Below, piece after piece: positions 37,390-52,738 of a DNA stretch of 64,000 nt. The stretch is from Paraspadella gotoi (Eukaryota; Animalia; Chaetognatha). The stretch is from assembly GCA_051294375.1 (NCBI GenBank), contig CM119269.1, positions 5,564,381-5,628,380 of the forward strand, written 5' to 3'. The stretch's first letter is position 1. Every line of letters begins with the position of its first letter. Made by a program: the position numbers and the translations under genes. The notes under the pieces were generated by a model. That model did not search any database and was not told the origin of the DNA. It saw nothing but the letters and a program-made list of their open reading frames with translations.

Positions 37390-38377
37390 TGGAGTCCACA
37401 AATGTTTGTGGACGAAATACCTGTACAAATCATAGCGAAATTAGTCTATGTTAATGAGAAAGGATATCAGAGTATTTATTACACCGTTGCTTTTACCTCA
37501 TTTTGCACTGTTGAAATACAATTTAAACCAACGACTATGTAACCGGCAGCAAATAGATTCTTGAACAGTTGTGTGAGAGAGCGTTAGCTTAGAATTAGTT
37601 AAAATACAGAAAAAAAATACGATAGTTTGAATCATTTTATTCGGAATAAAACGTGAAGAAAATCGACAATCAAGAAAAAAAAAATTCCAAACAATGATTT
37701 TGCTCTCATTCCTTCACTGCGATTCAGTGATTTATAATCATTACGAAAAGATAGGTTAAAATACAATACGTAGTTTTAAGCACGATTAAGCAACAATCAG
37801 CGTGAAATGAACCGTCTTTCTGATTTCTAAATGACTGATAATGAATATTGAATTCAACAACGAGAAACGAGGCCAATAAATACAGCACTTTTTTCTGACA
37901 AGACGTTGCGGTCTCCAAGTCTATTGAATGATACTGATAGTTTACTGATACTTTAAGAGAAAAACAAAGTTTGTAATTTTTATTACAGAAACGATTGTTA
38001 GCAAAAACAACGGTCCAATTTTAAATCTGCATTGTTTGTAACCATAGTATATTATCTGATCAGACATTTGATTTACCGCATTTAGTTCCAAGTACAATTT
38101 ACTGAAATTTTACCGCAAATTAATCGTTAAGCAATTGATTCATTAACAAACGCTTTATTTATACATGAAGCTTTTTATCATGGATAATGGGTTATTTAAA
38201 TTTTTGTACTTTAAAATGGTGTAGTGACATAATATAATTATTTTAATAAAAATAAAAACATTCAGCTTTAATGCCGAAATGCCATCAAAGGTTTAATAAC
38301 TCTTCCAAAGAACTAGGAAATGTTATCAAGGGTTTAAACGCAAATCTGGATGGACTTCCGGTTCTAATACGAGACGT

Positions 38378-38439
<62 letters not shown>

Positions 38440-40362
38440 TCCACTAAACAAAAAAACATTTGTCAAAAACAAAGAGGTCGTCGGACCGGAGCTCGGTGCG
38501 AAGACCAAGGTATCGAATTGAAGGAACTTGAAGGAGGATTAAGACGAGGACAAGCGGAGGATGAGGAGGATGAGGAGGATGAGGAGGATGAGGAGAAGTT
38601 AGGAGAGCAATATAATCGTAAGGATCGTTTATAGACTGAGGGTGAACGAGGACGTGGCGATCTCAAGCGGAATCCCGTCGCTTCAATTTGTTGTTCTTTT
38701 GTTCCTTTTTTTGGGGGTTTCGTTCGTCTTTTATCTTCGTCTCGATCGGGACAAATGTGGGGGGGAGGGGGGGTGGTTCGGACGCCGACGACGAGGAAAA
38801 ACATATTTAAGGTTTCGGAACGCGACGGTGGGGAAATGAAACTTGGCCACTTTGTGGCGCCGAGGAAAAGACCAATTTGAGACTTGGATTAAGTAAAATT
38901 GAGGAAAACGACGATTTGTGATGGTTCATTAATTACGGGTTGAGAGTCGATTTGCAGAAAAAAAAAATTGACACCGAAAAGTAATAAATGAGTAAATGAA
39001 AAAACGACGAAAAGAGCAGAAGACAGAACGAGACCATGAAACTTGAAAGGACGGTGATCTGTAAATTTCGCGAGGGGAAGAAGGTAAGAAGATTCGTTGG
39101 TAAGTCCTTGGTAAGTCGTTTTTCTCGTCATTTCCAAAAGAGCTGGACTGCCTCTTCATCGTTCTCCTCGTTACCAAAAAAAAAAGAGCGAATCGTGATC
39201 CCCTCGAGTGGACAACGGATTACAACTTTCTCGAGACGTAAACAAACAAATCGGGAAGTAAACAAACAAACTCGAAGGATGCCACCGACGAATCGACGAA
39301 GACTGCGATCGGCGCCGACTTCCCCCCCCCCGTTCGTTCGGCGCCATCCGACGACGGCCAAGACGAAAATCGAAAAGTAAACAAAAGATTTCGGGCGAGC
39401 GGGCGACGGACGGCGATAATTTTTTTTTTTTGGCGGCCGCGTTAAATCCGGCGCGCCGGAGTTGAATCGGGAGAAGGAAAAGATTTAAATGATCATTTTG
39501 ATTGGATGAATTCGAGGTGGTTGGACTTGAAAAGAATAACTCAATAAGCTAAACAAAAAAGATGAGCGATAGTTTATTTCACCGTAGAGGGCAGCGAAAG
39601 ACTACATTGAAGAGTCGGGGAATGGTTAGATTTAAAAAGAGCATCGGTATGATAATGAGCGAGAATTGACCAAAAATATCAAAATTTATCTAATGGATTT
39701 TTTTTCTTCCTCAAAGCTTCGATCATATGTTCACCACAAACGAACAAATGAATATATATATATATATATATTAAGAATTATAAATCTCAGTTGTTAAATC
39801 CAAACTGTCCAAAGTGTCGAATGTCCATTCATAACATAAGCGATATTTTGAGAAGAGAAGATTTCGACCCTAAAACTGTCTAATTTATTTCCCTCTGTAA
39901 AAAAATATGTTTTCGTGCCATGTGGGTTTTGACCTGGAGAAGAAATCAGGCAAAGATGTGAGAGATAAGAAAAAAAGAGAGATAGAGAGATAGAGAGCGA
40001 GAGACGGACTCGATTTTTCGATGACGACCTCACCTCGTGATAAGGACCTCACCTCGCGACGCTGACCTTTAATGGTGTCGACCCGACCGGCCCATAGACT
40101 CATCGACGACTTACCCGGCGACTTACCCCAGAGAATCCTTACCCGGTGGCGCCGGACAAATGGCGGCGACGAAAGAATCGGTTGGCAGGGGGCCAAGATC
40201 TTCTTTCCTTCCCGCCCAAGTGGCGTGACAGAGCGGGTAAATCGCTCTCTTTCTCGCTCTCTCTCTTTGGATATAATTGTCGCTCTGGAGAAGAAATGGG
40301 AAGTTGTTGAAACCGAACTTGATGACAGAGGCGAGAGAATCATTCATCGCAGCGGAGAGAGA

Positions 40363-40408
<46 letters not shown>

Positions 40409-41490
40409 GAAGAGAAGAGAGAGAGGAGAAGAGAGAGAGAGGGAGAGAGATAGAGAGAGAGAGAGAGATAATTAGCTACTCAACGCCATCTTCGTCTCAT
40501 CCCATCGAATTCGTCGCCTCCGCCTCACGCGTCGACGCCTCTGGGATTTTTCTCGGTGAGTTCGAAGATGTTGATCGGTGAGTTCTTCTGGTCATCGCCC
40601 GGGATCGCATTGTTCGCGGGTGAGTTCATATCTCGGACGGGTAAGTTTCTTCCAGTTTCGCGTCGAGTTAACGTCGCCCGGGATTTATCGTCCCCGACGA
40701 GGAATTACTTTTTTCGGCTTCGCTTTTCTTCCTTCACGATCGATCGGGAATTGTGAACCATGGGGGTTTTCGTGACAGGTTGACAGTCACTGTGGTCCAT
40801 GGTAGTTCGAGAAAGTTTGTGTCGACTGTCATCTCAGGTGAGGTGGAGCAAAGTCATAGAGTGGGTTAAATTTTTAAGCCTCAAGAGTGAAAATGAATTA
40901 ATAACTTTTAAAATTATTAATCTATCATATGTAAGTTGAAAAAGTTTAAGAATACTAGCGTTGATACTTGATAGTATATAAAGTCATAATGGGTCTTAGT
41001 TCGTCAACCGCAAGAACTCTTTGCCTTGGTGACCTATTTGTTTGCAGTCAGTTAGTATCCGAAACTTTGTTACCCTTTTTCCTGCACTCGTGATATGTAT
41101 GTATGCTATACCGTATTGTATATTGTATAATATAGTATGGTGTTCGTATTCTCTGTTTTTGTAGAGTTTTTCCTTTTCGTATCTCTTTATTTTTTAACAC
41201 GAGCTCCGTTCGTCGAACAAAGTTTGTGAAAAAAAATACTAACCACGCCGCCAGTCGCCACCACTATAATCAAATATACGCTTCGTGAATGGGAAAAAAT
41301 CACGAAAAGGAGAAGAAGAATAAAAGGAGGCGGAACGGGTGGGAATAAAGGAAAGGGTTACCAATTGGGTAACCCTATTCTCACTCGGGAAATGATAGGG
41401 TGTTCACCCGCTGGTTATTTGGCGAAATATCTGTCGGACGGAAGGCGGGTGAAACAGGATAGAGAGGGAAAAGGGAGACAGAGCCGAGAG

Positions 41491-41529
<39 letters not shown>

Positions 41530-41745
41530 AGAGACGAGAGAGAGAGAGAGAGAGTGAGAGAGAAAGCTAGAACTCGCTTGGCGGAAAATCTGTAATGATG
41601 CCTTTTCCCCGGATTGGCGACCGGCCGGTTCAGCCTTCCCGACCGTCCGGGCGCCCATTAGGGATCAATTTTTTCTCCGGAATAATTAGGGGGAGGGAAA
41701 AAGAAAAACAGATTCTTTCTTTTTCCGTGGAACCGAAAAAATATC

Positions 41746-41780
<35 letters not shown>

Positions 41781-42379
41781 GAGAGAGAGAGAGAGAAGAA
41801 GAGAGAGGAGAGAGAGAGGAGAAAGAAGAGAGGAAGAATAGAAGAGAGAGAGAGAGAGAGCGAAACTAACCTTAATTTTATGGGACAATAACAATTGAAT
41901 CGCCATTTTTTTGTGTGCTCCGCTCCTCCCTTTTATTCGCTGTTTTTCTTTTCCGCCTTTTTCGCGTTTGTAATTTGATTGGATCGATCGAGTCTTCTGG
42001 TTTCGCCGCGACGATTCGTAATTCGTCCGCCAGATGGATTTTCCCAAAAAGCCATGCAGTTAAGAATACTATAATAGTTCTGTGATACTTTTTTTTCTCA
42101 AAATAATCACCTAATTTATTATTTTTTTTAGTATAGTTTGAATTTGTTTCTTATTCACCCCGCCTATAAGCAATATTAAGCATGCAACCTTCAGTCGTGA
42201 CCCGGTGGCTTTATTGAGTAATACTCTCAGCTCATGACCATTATGGATCGATCCCCGATGGTACCTACCCTGAGGGTTCTGGAAAACCCTCTATCCTAGT
42301 TTCTAGCTAAGGACCCGTTCCATTGCTGCTGAGGGGGCACAGAAGCTACGGAAAGAAGTCTTCAGCCCACTTAAAGAGA

Positions 42380-45300
42380 TTACAAAAACGGCTTACCGGT
42401 AATAAAATAACAATACAATAATTTGGAATTCCCTCGTACGAGGTTAATAGAAAATTAATTTTCTCTCCCATTTTCAACTAAAAATCTTCGTAATAAAACG
42501 TTGTCACCATCCAGGCCCTATTTTCAGGGGCGAACGAACCAAGATTGATGAACCGCGAGAAAAAACCCTTGCCCTTTCACACGCGATCTGCTGCTTCGTG
42601 TACGGGCATCGTCGGTCCATTGCTAGCGACAAAAGCGACAAAAGAGCATCCCTCCCTCAACCTCGGAATCTTCGTCGTTTCCGGAATTGGTTTAACCACC
42701 TCCTTCAAAGGCCGGCGCAACGGATCAGAGAAGGAAAATCGGACGAGGAGAACGAACAAAAAAGGCCAAGTGGCGAAACGAAATCCTTGCACGGAGAGAC
42801 GACGGGGACGGCTACTGGCAAAAAAACATCAGTGGTAATTATTGAATAAAAAATATTTTTTTTACCAAAATCAATATCGTCTACTAGATGAAAGTGTTGT
42901 TGGAATTAATCAAGCAATTAAATATAAATAAGTTTAAAATAACCAGTTACTAATGGCGATAATTTGATATTTTAATTGCTAATAATCAGTAAACGTAACA
43001 TGGTTCAATTTCATTTCAATGTAACTTCTTGCAGCAATCTACGGATCAACAAACACTGCGTCTGACCCACTTAGCGCGTCAGCAGCGGTCTGCGGGCGGC
43101 CGGCGGCGGCCAGCGCGATAGACGCTATCGCTGTCGCCGCCGTCTCTCAAAGACAAAAACCACGAAAACGTCAACACAAAAACATCATCACGAGATCGAT
43201 GATGACGACGAAAACGACCACTCTTTCCAGCGCATGTCTGCGAAACAGCGGTGGAAACTCCAAGCCGCTCTCCGACGCGCCACCTTTTTTCCCCTCTCTC
43301 TACTGATCTGCGCTCCCTCTCCATCATAACTCATCGCCGACTCCTTCCTACGATCCGTCTGATCGTACTCTTCCGTCCACCTTGTCTGGCACTCTCACTC
43401 CGACTCCTCCATCCACGCTCCACCCATCCATTTTGTACCACCATCCATATCTTGTGCATCCATACATCCACTAGCTGCGTCAGCGGCGGTTTCGCGGCTG
43501 ACAGCTCTTCGTCCACTGCGTCAGACTCGATTTGGATTCAAGGCTCCCTTGCCGCTGAGGACACCCTGTCGCAGCCTAGATGATGGTCTTACGCTGGCGC
43601 CGCTCGCCGTCTCCGCTATATGCAACGCCGCCGAGTCCGGCTGGCGTCGGCCGTGCGCGCGGCAGTTCGTCGTCCCATCTGCCTATACTTTGCCGTCTCC
43701 GTCTGAACTTCTTCCCACTAATTACATGTGCCGGCGTGGTCACTGAAAGACAATGGGGCTTCTTCCTCCTCCCTTTAACGATTAGCTGACGAGGCGTCTG
43801 CCCCTTTCCTCTGACATCCTGCGGCGTCGTCCGTAGATTAAGAATTGTAACTTTCTCGCATAGTTGCGTGTCTTGCCGACGTGATGTGAACTCGGTCGAT
43901 CAATTCCTCTGCCTCAATCAGGACATCCCGCTGCTCTGTGTGTGCCTGTCCCATATGTCGTCGTGTCTGTCATCGTGCTGTGGATGAGGGAGGTCGATCA
44001 GGGTGGGCGTGGGAATAGCGGGAAGGCCAGGGTGAAATGGATGGGTGGGTCCGGATCCTGTTTCTAAACGTACGTTAGTGTTTTTCCGTTACGTGTGTCA
44101 TATTAATTTGAGGTGTTCAAGTTTCATAAATAATAGTATTATTTTTTCATTCGTTAAAATAAGAAAGACTTAACGTCATTTTGTCGTGAGTTGATTGGAT
44201 CTTGAATTTGATTGAGATTGTTATTCTGTGAATGTCTAAAGCCTGATAATTCTTATTCGTAGTTCGAATTACTTTTGCCATATATACATTATTTTTTTAA
44301 AAGAACTGCTCTTTTCTACTCCTAACCCTTGGGAATCCTTCTTTCGGTTATCTTCATCATTTTTTTCTTCACGTCTAATAAATTTATCTGTGATGTTCGC
44401 AATAATAAAGTCACGTTCCCCGTAAGTTATCAGTCTGTTAACTTTTATTTTATAAGTGGTTAATTATTTAATATCCTTGGAAAATTGATAATAAGTCATT
44501 GATATCCTCGCTCTCAATAATATTTTATTAATCCTTACTACTTTCATAGTTCCAAACCAAATCAGGGGAAAAAAAGTTATTGTTTGAAGTGTTCCGAACG
44601 TGATGCCGCAGCACTGGGCGTTGTTTTAGAACGCCTACCCTGTTAGTCAATGATATATATTATATTTATTATATTTGTTTTATATTTAGAAATAATAAAA
44701 AGAATGTTCTAATTTGTCGTAACTCGACAGTCTTAAAATCGAGCCGATACGAGTTCAGGCGCATTCATATCCGTCCAGAATGACTTTTCTCCCTCGTCGC
44801 GGGTGATATCTTGGATGTTCACGTGCTGGGGATTCCGTTCCGACTCACAAAATATTGCTTCATATGGATTATATCTGCCAAAAACAAAATAACCCGAAAT
44901 TGAAATAAAAATTTGAATTAAAAAAAAAAAAATTGTATCTGTGTTGAATCATAAGGTATGACTTTTCTCTTTTATATCCCACGATGTTTAGAACTTCAGA
45001 GGTAGACTAGTGTTAGTTAGTGTTTATTATTGTTTCTTTTTAAAATTCGTACTTCAGAAGATTCAATGTTGTATCTAGACATAGAAGATGAATGTGGTTT
45101 TTTCTCGGGAAAGTCACTACCCAATTTTCTTACATATTGCTATGAAAATATGAAAGCTGCATGAATAAAAAGCGCTTCGCCACGTGCTTGCAGAGTGATG
45201 AGAGAGAATGTAATGCGCTTTCAAGTCAGAAGAGAGAGAGAGAGATGAGAGAGAGAGATGATGATGAAGAGATTAGGATGATGAGAGAGAAGAGAGTAGA

Positions 45301-47793
45301 GAGAGTGATGCGAAGAAGCTTTTCAAGGTGGATATTTTCGGGGTGGATAAATATTTTATATAGCGCGAATAAAACCCACATTAAGGAACGGCGTGGAGAT
45401 TACAAAGGTTTCCGCTGGGAAGTCTGACCTGGACGAAAGGCTTTTGTCGAGATATGAAAAAGATTTATAATCCATAATCAAAATTTTCGGAGCTCGCGTG
45501 TTGATGCGCTATAAAAATCTTAAACTCTCTCTCCACTCTCTCTGTCTGTCTGTCTCTCTCTCCTCTCTCTTCTCTCTATTTTTCTCTTTCTGTGTTTTCA
45601 GCAATTCGTGAATGACATTTTTGAACGAGGGGCTTTCGGAATGAATTTGCCAAAAGCCCGAGAAGAGAGAGAGAGAGAGAGAGAGTAAAAATATTTTTTT
45701 GTATCTTGACATGACCACATATCGCGCGCCTTCGACAGATTTCTGACCGAAGTCATCCTCGCTGTCCATTTTTGCCGGGACAGAAATTTTAAAATTCAAA
45801 AACAGAAATTTCTAAGTTTTTAAAAATGATTTAAAACCCATAAATCCATCTTCGCTGTTCTTTTTATTCGCCCGCCATTAAAGTTATAACTCGAATAAAT
45901 TCAACGCGTAGGTTGGCGTTTTTTTTTTTCGTTTAATGATTTTGTAAATTTCAAAATCGGTGGATCGAATGTCTTCCGATTCATATTTTTTTTCAGATTC
46001 ACTTTATTTTTTATAAAAAACAAGAAGCAGGAAATTTCAATGTTTGTGTTGCTCCGTGAATTTTCTTATTTTTTACGAACAAATAACTGCATTGCAGGTA
46101 AAACGATTTTTTTTTTAAAAAAAGTTATGAATTTGGTGCAAACCAATTATAAAAATTATTCATTCATTTAATAAATAAGGGCTATCCTTTGCCATTAACT
46201 TTGGACAGTCTTTAACTGGTATAAATTCGTAAAATGAGTTTCTATTAAAACAAAAGGAACGCTAGTAGTCGCTTAGATTTTGAGGTTTTTTCCTGTCTTA
46301 AACAAATAGCGACCGCTAGGTATAGGCAAGTTATAAAGCCTATCTTTTAACGTAAGTTGGCCTGACAGAACCTGTCGGACATATACGACCTGTGACGACG
46401 CGACGACCGCCCGAAAAGTGACTTTAAAGAAGTTGCTTTTGCCTTTTTCTCCGCGAGTCACACTTGCGGTGCAACTAAAAACTAGGGTTAAAATCAGAGG
46501 TAAAGCTGAATTTTTCGCTAGGAAATAAACAAAATAGTCAGGAATAAACAATCAACAAACAAACAGCTCAATTCGTTGAGAGCTTGGGTCCTTGCAATCT
46601 TTACATTTGCTTAAATCGCGAATGTGTGTTAACTTTTTGGCCTTCGAAGCCTAAAATAGTCATAGAAATTCTTTGGGTCGAAGGGAAGGAAAGAAAAATA
46701 AAAAATCAGCGACGCCTGAAGTGTTGCATTCAATTAGCCAAAAGAAACATTTGATTTTAAATCGAGCTGGGATTGCGTATTGCGAATTCTGGGCAAAGAA
46801 TAGCTCAGATAATAAATGAAATAGATTAATTGTTAAATTGGTTGTACTAATTTCATAGAACACGGCGGGCGGATTAGTTTTTCGTTTAATAACATTCTCG
46901 CCTCCCATGTATGATGACTAGAACAACTTTCAGACATTAGTCTATTAGACTAAGTCGTGGGTTCATGATTGGGTCGAGGGTTTGCGCGAAGTCGAAAAAC
47001 CGGAGAAAAGACAATACGATTCGGCTTGAAGCTTGCCAATAGTTACGGATGCTTGCAATAACCTGTTTTTTTCTTGATTTAAAACGTTTAAGTCACAACG
47101 AGAATAAGCCGTAACCCTCAATGAAATTGGTACAACCAATATAAAAATTATGCCATGTCATTTAATAAATAAGCTATCTTGCCCCTGACTTTGGACAGGC
47201 TTTGGTGGTTTAAGGCCTCCATCACTCTTACAAGATAAATGACATAAGCACGGTCCTGCAAGGGCTTTGTTCGTCAAGAATGAAGATAATAAAAAGAATA
47301 ACTTGCGAATTTTTACCTCAAGGGACTTTCTCTCTTCGTCGGGGGATTCCCGAACTCGCAAAACCACCAAACCTGCCGGCCTCCATGCCCAGCCCTCCTA
47401 TATCTCTTCCCACGCCCTCATTAAAACAACTCGAGCGTCTATTCGACGGGTCGGTTTCTTCCGGGCGTAACCTTTCGCCTTCCCCGGGCCACGATGAAGT
47501 TCGTTGGTTTCAATGAGCGAAATTAAATCTTCGCTACTTCCGCCTTGTCTCACGTTCTCTCTCTCTATCTCTCTCTCTCTCTCTTCTGCTCTCTCATCTC
47601 TCTTTCGTTCGATCTCGTCTCCTCTCGTCTCTCTCCTCCGCGGATCATTTCGCTTTGGGCCAACCGCTTTTTCAGAAAACACAATGGAGAGGTTAAACTT
47701 TTCGAGCATTACAAATTTTCCGTTCGAAGCTGACGAAAACGATTCGTTTTCGATCTCTCTCTCTCTCTCACTCTCTCTCTCTCTCTCTATCTG

Positions 47794-47828
<35 letters not shown>

Positions 47829-50800
47829 CAATCTCTCTCTCTCTTGCTCGCTCTCCCAATCTCTCTCTCTCCTTCACCGGGATTATCGTATTTTCAGGTT
47901 TCGCACATTTAAATCACTGTCCCGAAGCCGCAACGCTCCGCGGTCTCCAAAAAAAATTCAAAATGGCGGAGAGACGCTACGCGGTTGGACGTTGACGACG
48001 TAGAGGCGGCCCATTTTGACGAATCGAGCAACTGCGACGAGCTGCTGCGTGAGATCCTTCGGGACATCGTCGTGCTTCTCATCTCGACGCCCGCCACGAC
48101 TCGCGCGGGCGGCGGCGTTTGCAGCAGCGGCGTTCCCCGACCGCCGCCGTCGGACGGTCCGTGGCAAGCGGCGATCGCCGCGATCGTCGGCGTCATTCTC
48201 CTCTCGCGACAGACGCAGCATCGACAACAGTGCGAAAACGTCAGCCGTCGATTGCCGCACAGCCTTACGACGACTCCTCGCGCCGCCCTACGACGTGCCG
48301 ACAACCGACCGATCAACGACGACGAAAAGCGCGAAGGATCGCCGTCGGCATTGCAAATTTCAGCGCGCCGGCGCTTGGCAAGATCCGATGCCACTTCCAC
48401 GACGGCGCTTTTAATATCCGACGGCGCGCATTCCTTTTAGCGATCGAACCTTCGAGGCAGGCGACGCCCCACCGATGACGACGTCGACGCCGCTTGGCGG
48501 GGTGGCGCTACCGACAGGGAGAGAGCGGAAACTCGGATTCGTTTGACGCCTTTTTCTCTGGCGTCGTTGTCGAAGGAGAGGCTTTCGGGCGCGGAAGGTG
48601 GCGCTCACGGACGGCGGCGCCCATTCATAGGTCAAAAACGTTCTCTGAGTCGAGCGCGCACCAACGAGGGCGCTTAGGCAGGGTATCAAGGTGAGTTGTA
48701 CGGAAAAGTAAGTTAGGTTTAAATAATAATTAACTAATTTTTTCAAATCTAATCAAATTCGTTCTCTTCTTTTCTCAATTGGGTTTCCTTGGCCTGGCCT
48801 GGTGCCCTGTTCTGCATCCGGGCTGCGATTCGACGCCATCCGCGAACAAAGTACGAACGAACCGATTCGGAGCGTCCTCCTCCGTCGCCGAACTCAAGAC
48901 GGTCCAACGGCGCCTCGCGCGCAAGCGTCTGCGTCGCAACAGTGGGCCGGCGACGTCATCGCCGTCGTTGCGGCAAGATGCAGGGCACTCGGGATCGAGG
49001 ACCCGTCTCCGCCGCATCGGAGCGATTCGCTAGATGCTGATGCGACGAGTCTTCGAACAGTTGCGGTCGGCCACCCATCGAACGTTCTCGCGAGCCGGTG
49101 CAAGCGGTGACGCCTGTGACGCGCCTTTTTACGAGGCGGGAATCTGGAGGCGCGACTCGACGGCCGCCCGCTACAGATTTCGTCGGGAAGAAGTTCGGCG
49201 CCGCGAGTCAAAACGCGCCGCTTCGAAAAAACGGCGTCGTTCATAAGCGACGTCCGCCGATGCCGCCAACTAAGCACCCTCATGATCCTGGCGTGGCAGC
49301 GGCGCTCATGATGGGCCTAACTCGGGCACGCGGCGGCCATCGGAGACTACGCCGAAATCAGACAAACCATACGCCCTGACGGGCTGCTGCCGACGTTACG
49401 TCGCCGCGAATTCTCCGATGGCCACGTTTAGAACCTCTCGGTCCTCCGTACGTCTCAGCCGCCGCGGCGCGAGTTTGCCGTCGACACCCAAGGCGCCGCG
49501 GGCGCGCCGTATTTCCGCAGCCTCCATCGCGGCGCCCGGGGGCCCTTCAAGAACAGGGGAAAAAAAAAGATAAAAATTTCCCGGGGCCCCTCGACGCTGC
49601 TTCGGTCGCCGTCGGCGTCGCCGCGTTCTCAGCGCCGTAGAAGGCTCCTTGTGCACGCCGGTCGAAAACCTGGAGCATCCCATCAGACCGGTCAAGGCGG
49701 TCGAAGGCGGCCGGCCGGCGCCGCTTAAAAAGACGCCTGAACTCGATGGCGCCGTGGTTTCCTCGTCGGCGTCGCCACCGATGACGTTGGAAGACGTTGC
49801 AGGCGGTGGGGGAACGGCGCCGCACGCCTCTTCCACCCGACGGCGCGTCTTCGGCGTCGCTCTTCCGCGCGCCGCATTCCCGGTTTCAGCGGGAGCGTCG
49901 ACCGCGCTTCGCGGGAGTCCGCTTTCTATCCAGGCACCGCCGGAGGCCGAGAAGACCTTGCCGGTCCAGGCGGTGGCTCGACACAGGCGGAGGCGGTAGA
50001 GGCGGAGGATGGAGACGGAGGTGGCGGTGGCGGTGCGGCGGGGGTGTGGGTGGAGGAGGAGCGAGGAGGAGGATTGCTCTGACCTCGACGTAGAGATTGA
50101 AGAGCAGATCGAGCGCCGAAGATCGACAAAGACGGGAGTCGACTCATCTCTAAGAGACAACAGCAACAGCAAGGGGAAAAGAAACAGCAACGTTAAGACA
50201 ACATTCAATACACAACAGCAACATTAACAACATAACCTCGTCTGCCAACGAGGACGCCGTCAAGCCTCAAAAGGCTCCGCTCGCCCCGAACGAGCGCCGG
50301 GGGGCCGGAAGGGGAAAAAACGCCACCCATACCACCCACGGGCGCCGACCCTCGAACAGCAGCGCCACCGAGACAGAAATCACCCTGGACGCATTCCATC
50401 GGGGTGGAAGGGATTCGGGGTGCGAGTAGGCGGCGGCGGCGGTGGCGGCGGGCGGCGGTGGCAGGCGGCAAGCTGCGGCGGCGGGAAAGTAATAAGGAAA
50501 AATCAGTGGGAAAGGGAACGAGGGTCTGTTGGGACGACAATGAGGTGATTGATTTGATTGATTGATATGATTTGATTTATTTTGATTTAAAGATTGACTA
50601 ATGCGTTTGATTGTTTGATTAATAGATTAATATTAAATATTTATCATTGACGACTTTTTCCTCTCCCAGTTGCTCGTCCACGATTCCCGCTTCTTCTCGC
50701 GGCGTCGTTAACCGAAAAAAGTCGCGATTGAGGCGCCGTCGCACGTTCTCGTGAGAATGCGACGCCGACCAACGCCGGACGACGACGTCGACCTGACTTC

Positions 50801-52692
50801 CGGCATCGCAACGAGTCCGCGCACACTCGAGATTTGCGCCCCGAACGGAAATCGCCGTTCAACTCGAGAATCCAATCCGGCCTGGCCTCGTTATCGACTT
50901 CGAACGCAGGAGGAATCCAGGCGCGGCAGCGGAGGCAGCGCGGCGGAGCTGCGAATTAGCGGGCGTCTTCGTTCGGCGGCGCGAGCGTGGCACTTCGGCG
51001 GCCGCTAACAATCAGCGGCGGCATGCCGCGCTGCGCAGCATCCAGCGTCAATGACATCACGGCCTTCAGACGACGGCGCCAGCGGGCGGCGGTGAGGACG
51101 ACAGCGTCGACTCACGACGCGAGCGAAGTCCTGGGCTGAGAGATCGCTTGGTCTCGCGCCAGTGAATCGAGACAAAACTCGGAGATCACCGCGAAACGAC
51201 GAAGAGAACAGCAAGAGATGGCAGCGGAGCAGCGGTCGTCAACGCTGGCCAACCGCTGATTCCACCGTCGGCGTCACCAGAACCGGCGTCCGAGACACAA
51301 CGCGTAGCATTAACAGTAGCGAAATATCCATGTTTCCAGCCGCCCGGCGACGCCGCAAAGACGTCGACGTAGCCGCCGTCGTTAACAGCTTCTAGTTCGG
51401 ATCCGCCAACGACAGCTTCGGCCGCCGCAAGATGCCGCCTCCACGCATCCGTCTCTTCGCACTGCCTCCGCCACCTCGCCGCCGCTTCGCGGCACAGACG
51501 ATCCACCGAAGTCTGACGCGTAAGAAGGGGTAAAAGGAAGAAAACGGTGAAACAGAAAGAACACACCTCGATTAGCTGATCGCCGTCGGACTGAGGGCGT
51601 CGGCTTCGTCGCCGTCAGGTCCTCGAGGAAAGGATCGAACAAAAGGCCAAACGGAAGCCAAATCTAATTATTTAATGAGTCCACAAATGTTTGTGGACGA
51701 AATACCTGTTACATCATAGCGAAATAGTCTATGTTAATGAGAAAGGATATCCAGAGTCATTATTTACACGTTGCTTTTACCCTTCATTTTTGGCACTGTT
51801 GAAATACAATTTATAACCACGACTATGTACCGGCAGCAAATAGGATTCTTGAACAGTTGTGTGAGAGAGCGTTAGCTTAGAATTCATTAGTTAAAGACAG
51901 AAAAAAAAATACGATAGTTTTGAATCATTTTATTGCGGAATAAAACGTGAAGAAGAATCGACAATCAGAAAAAAAAAATTTCCAAAGCAATGATTTTGCT
52001 CTCATTCTTCTGCGATTCATGATTTATAATCATTACGAAAAGATAGGTAAATATACAATACGTACTTTTAAGCATCGATTAAGCAACAATCAGCGTGAAA
52101 TGAACCGATCCTTTCTGATTCTATGACTTGATAATGAATATTGAAGTTCAATCAACCGAGAAACTGAGGGCCATAAATACAGCACTTTTTTCTGACAAGG
52201 CCGTTTGCGGTCTCCAAGTCTATTGAATGATACTGATAGTTTAATTGATACTTTAAGAGAAAAACAAAGTTTGTAATTTTTATTACAGAAACGATTGTTA
52301 GGCAAAAACAACGGTCCCAATTTTTAAATCTGCATTGTTTGTAAAACCATAGTAATATTATCTGATGCAGTACATTTGATTTAACGCATCTAGTTCCAAG
52401 TACCAATTTACTGAATTTTACCGCAAAATTAATCGTTAAAAGCAACTGATCATTTACAAACGCTTTATTTATTTTTACATGAAGCTTTTATGCATGGATA
52501 ATGGGTTAGTTTAAATTTTGTAACTTTTAAATGGTGTAGTGAGCATAATGATAATTATTTTAATTAAAAATAAACATTCAGCTTTAATGCCGAAATGGCA
52601 TAAAGTTTAATAATAACTCTTCCAAAGAAAAGGAAATGTTATCAAGGGTTTAAACGCAAAATCCTGGATGACTTCCGGTCTAATACGCAGAC

Positions 52693-52738
<46 letters not shown>

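Noticed and set aside
40072-40581. 169-aa ORF
   Set aside because: Runs through a GA microsatellite with no domain or convincing splice structure.
47960-51670. Pseudogene paralogue of the orphan gene (also TTLL2 3' exons at 42530-44045)
   Set aside because: Part of the error-laden duplicate; indel pattern fits read noise better than evolutionary decay.
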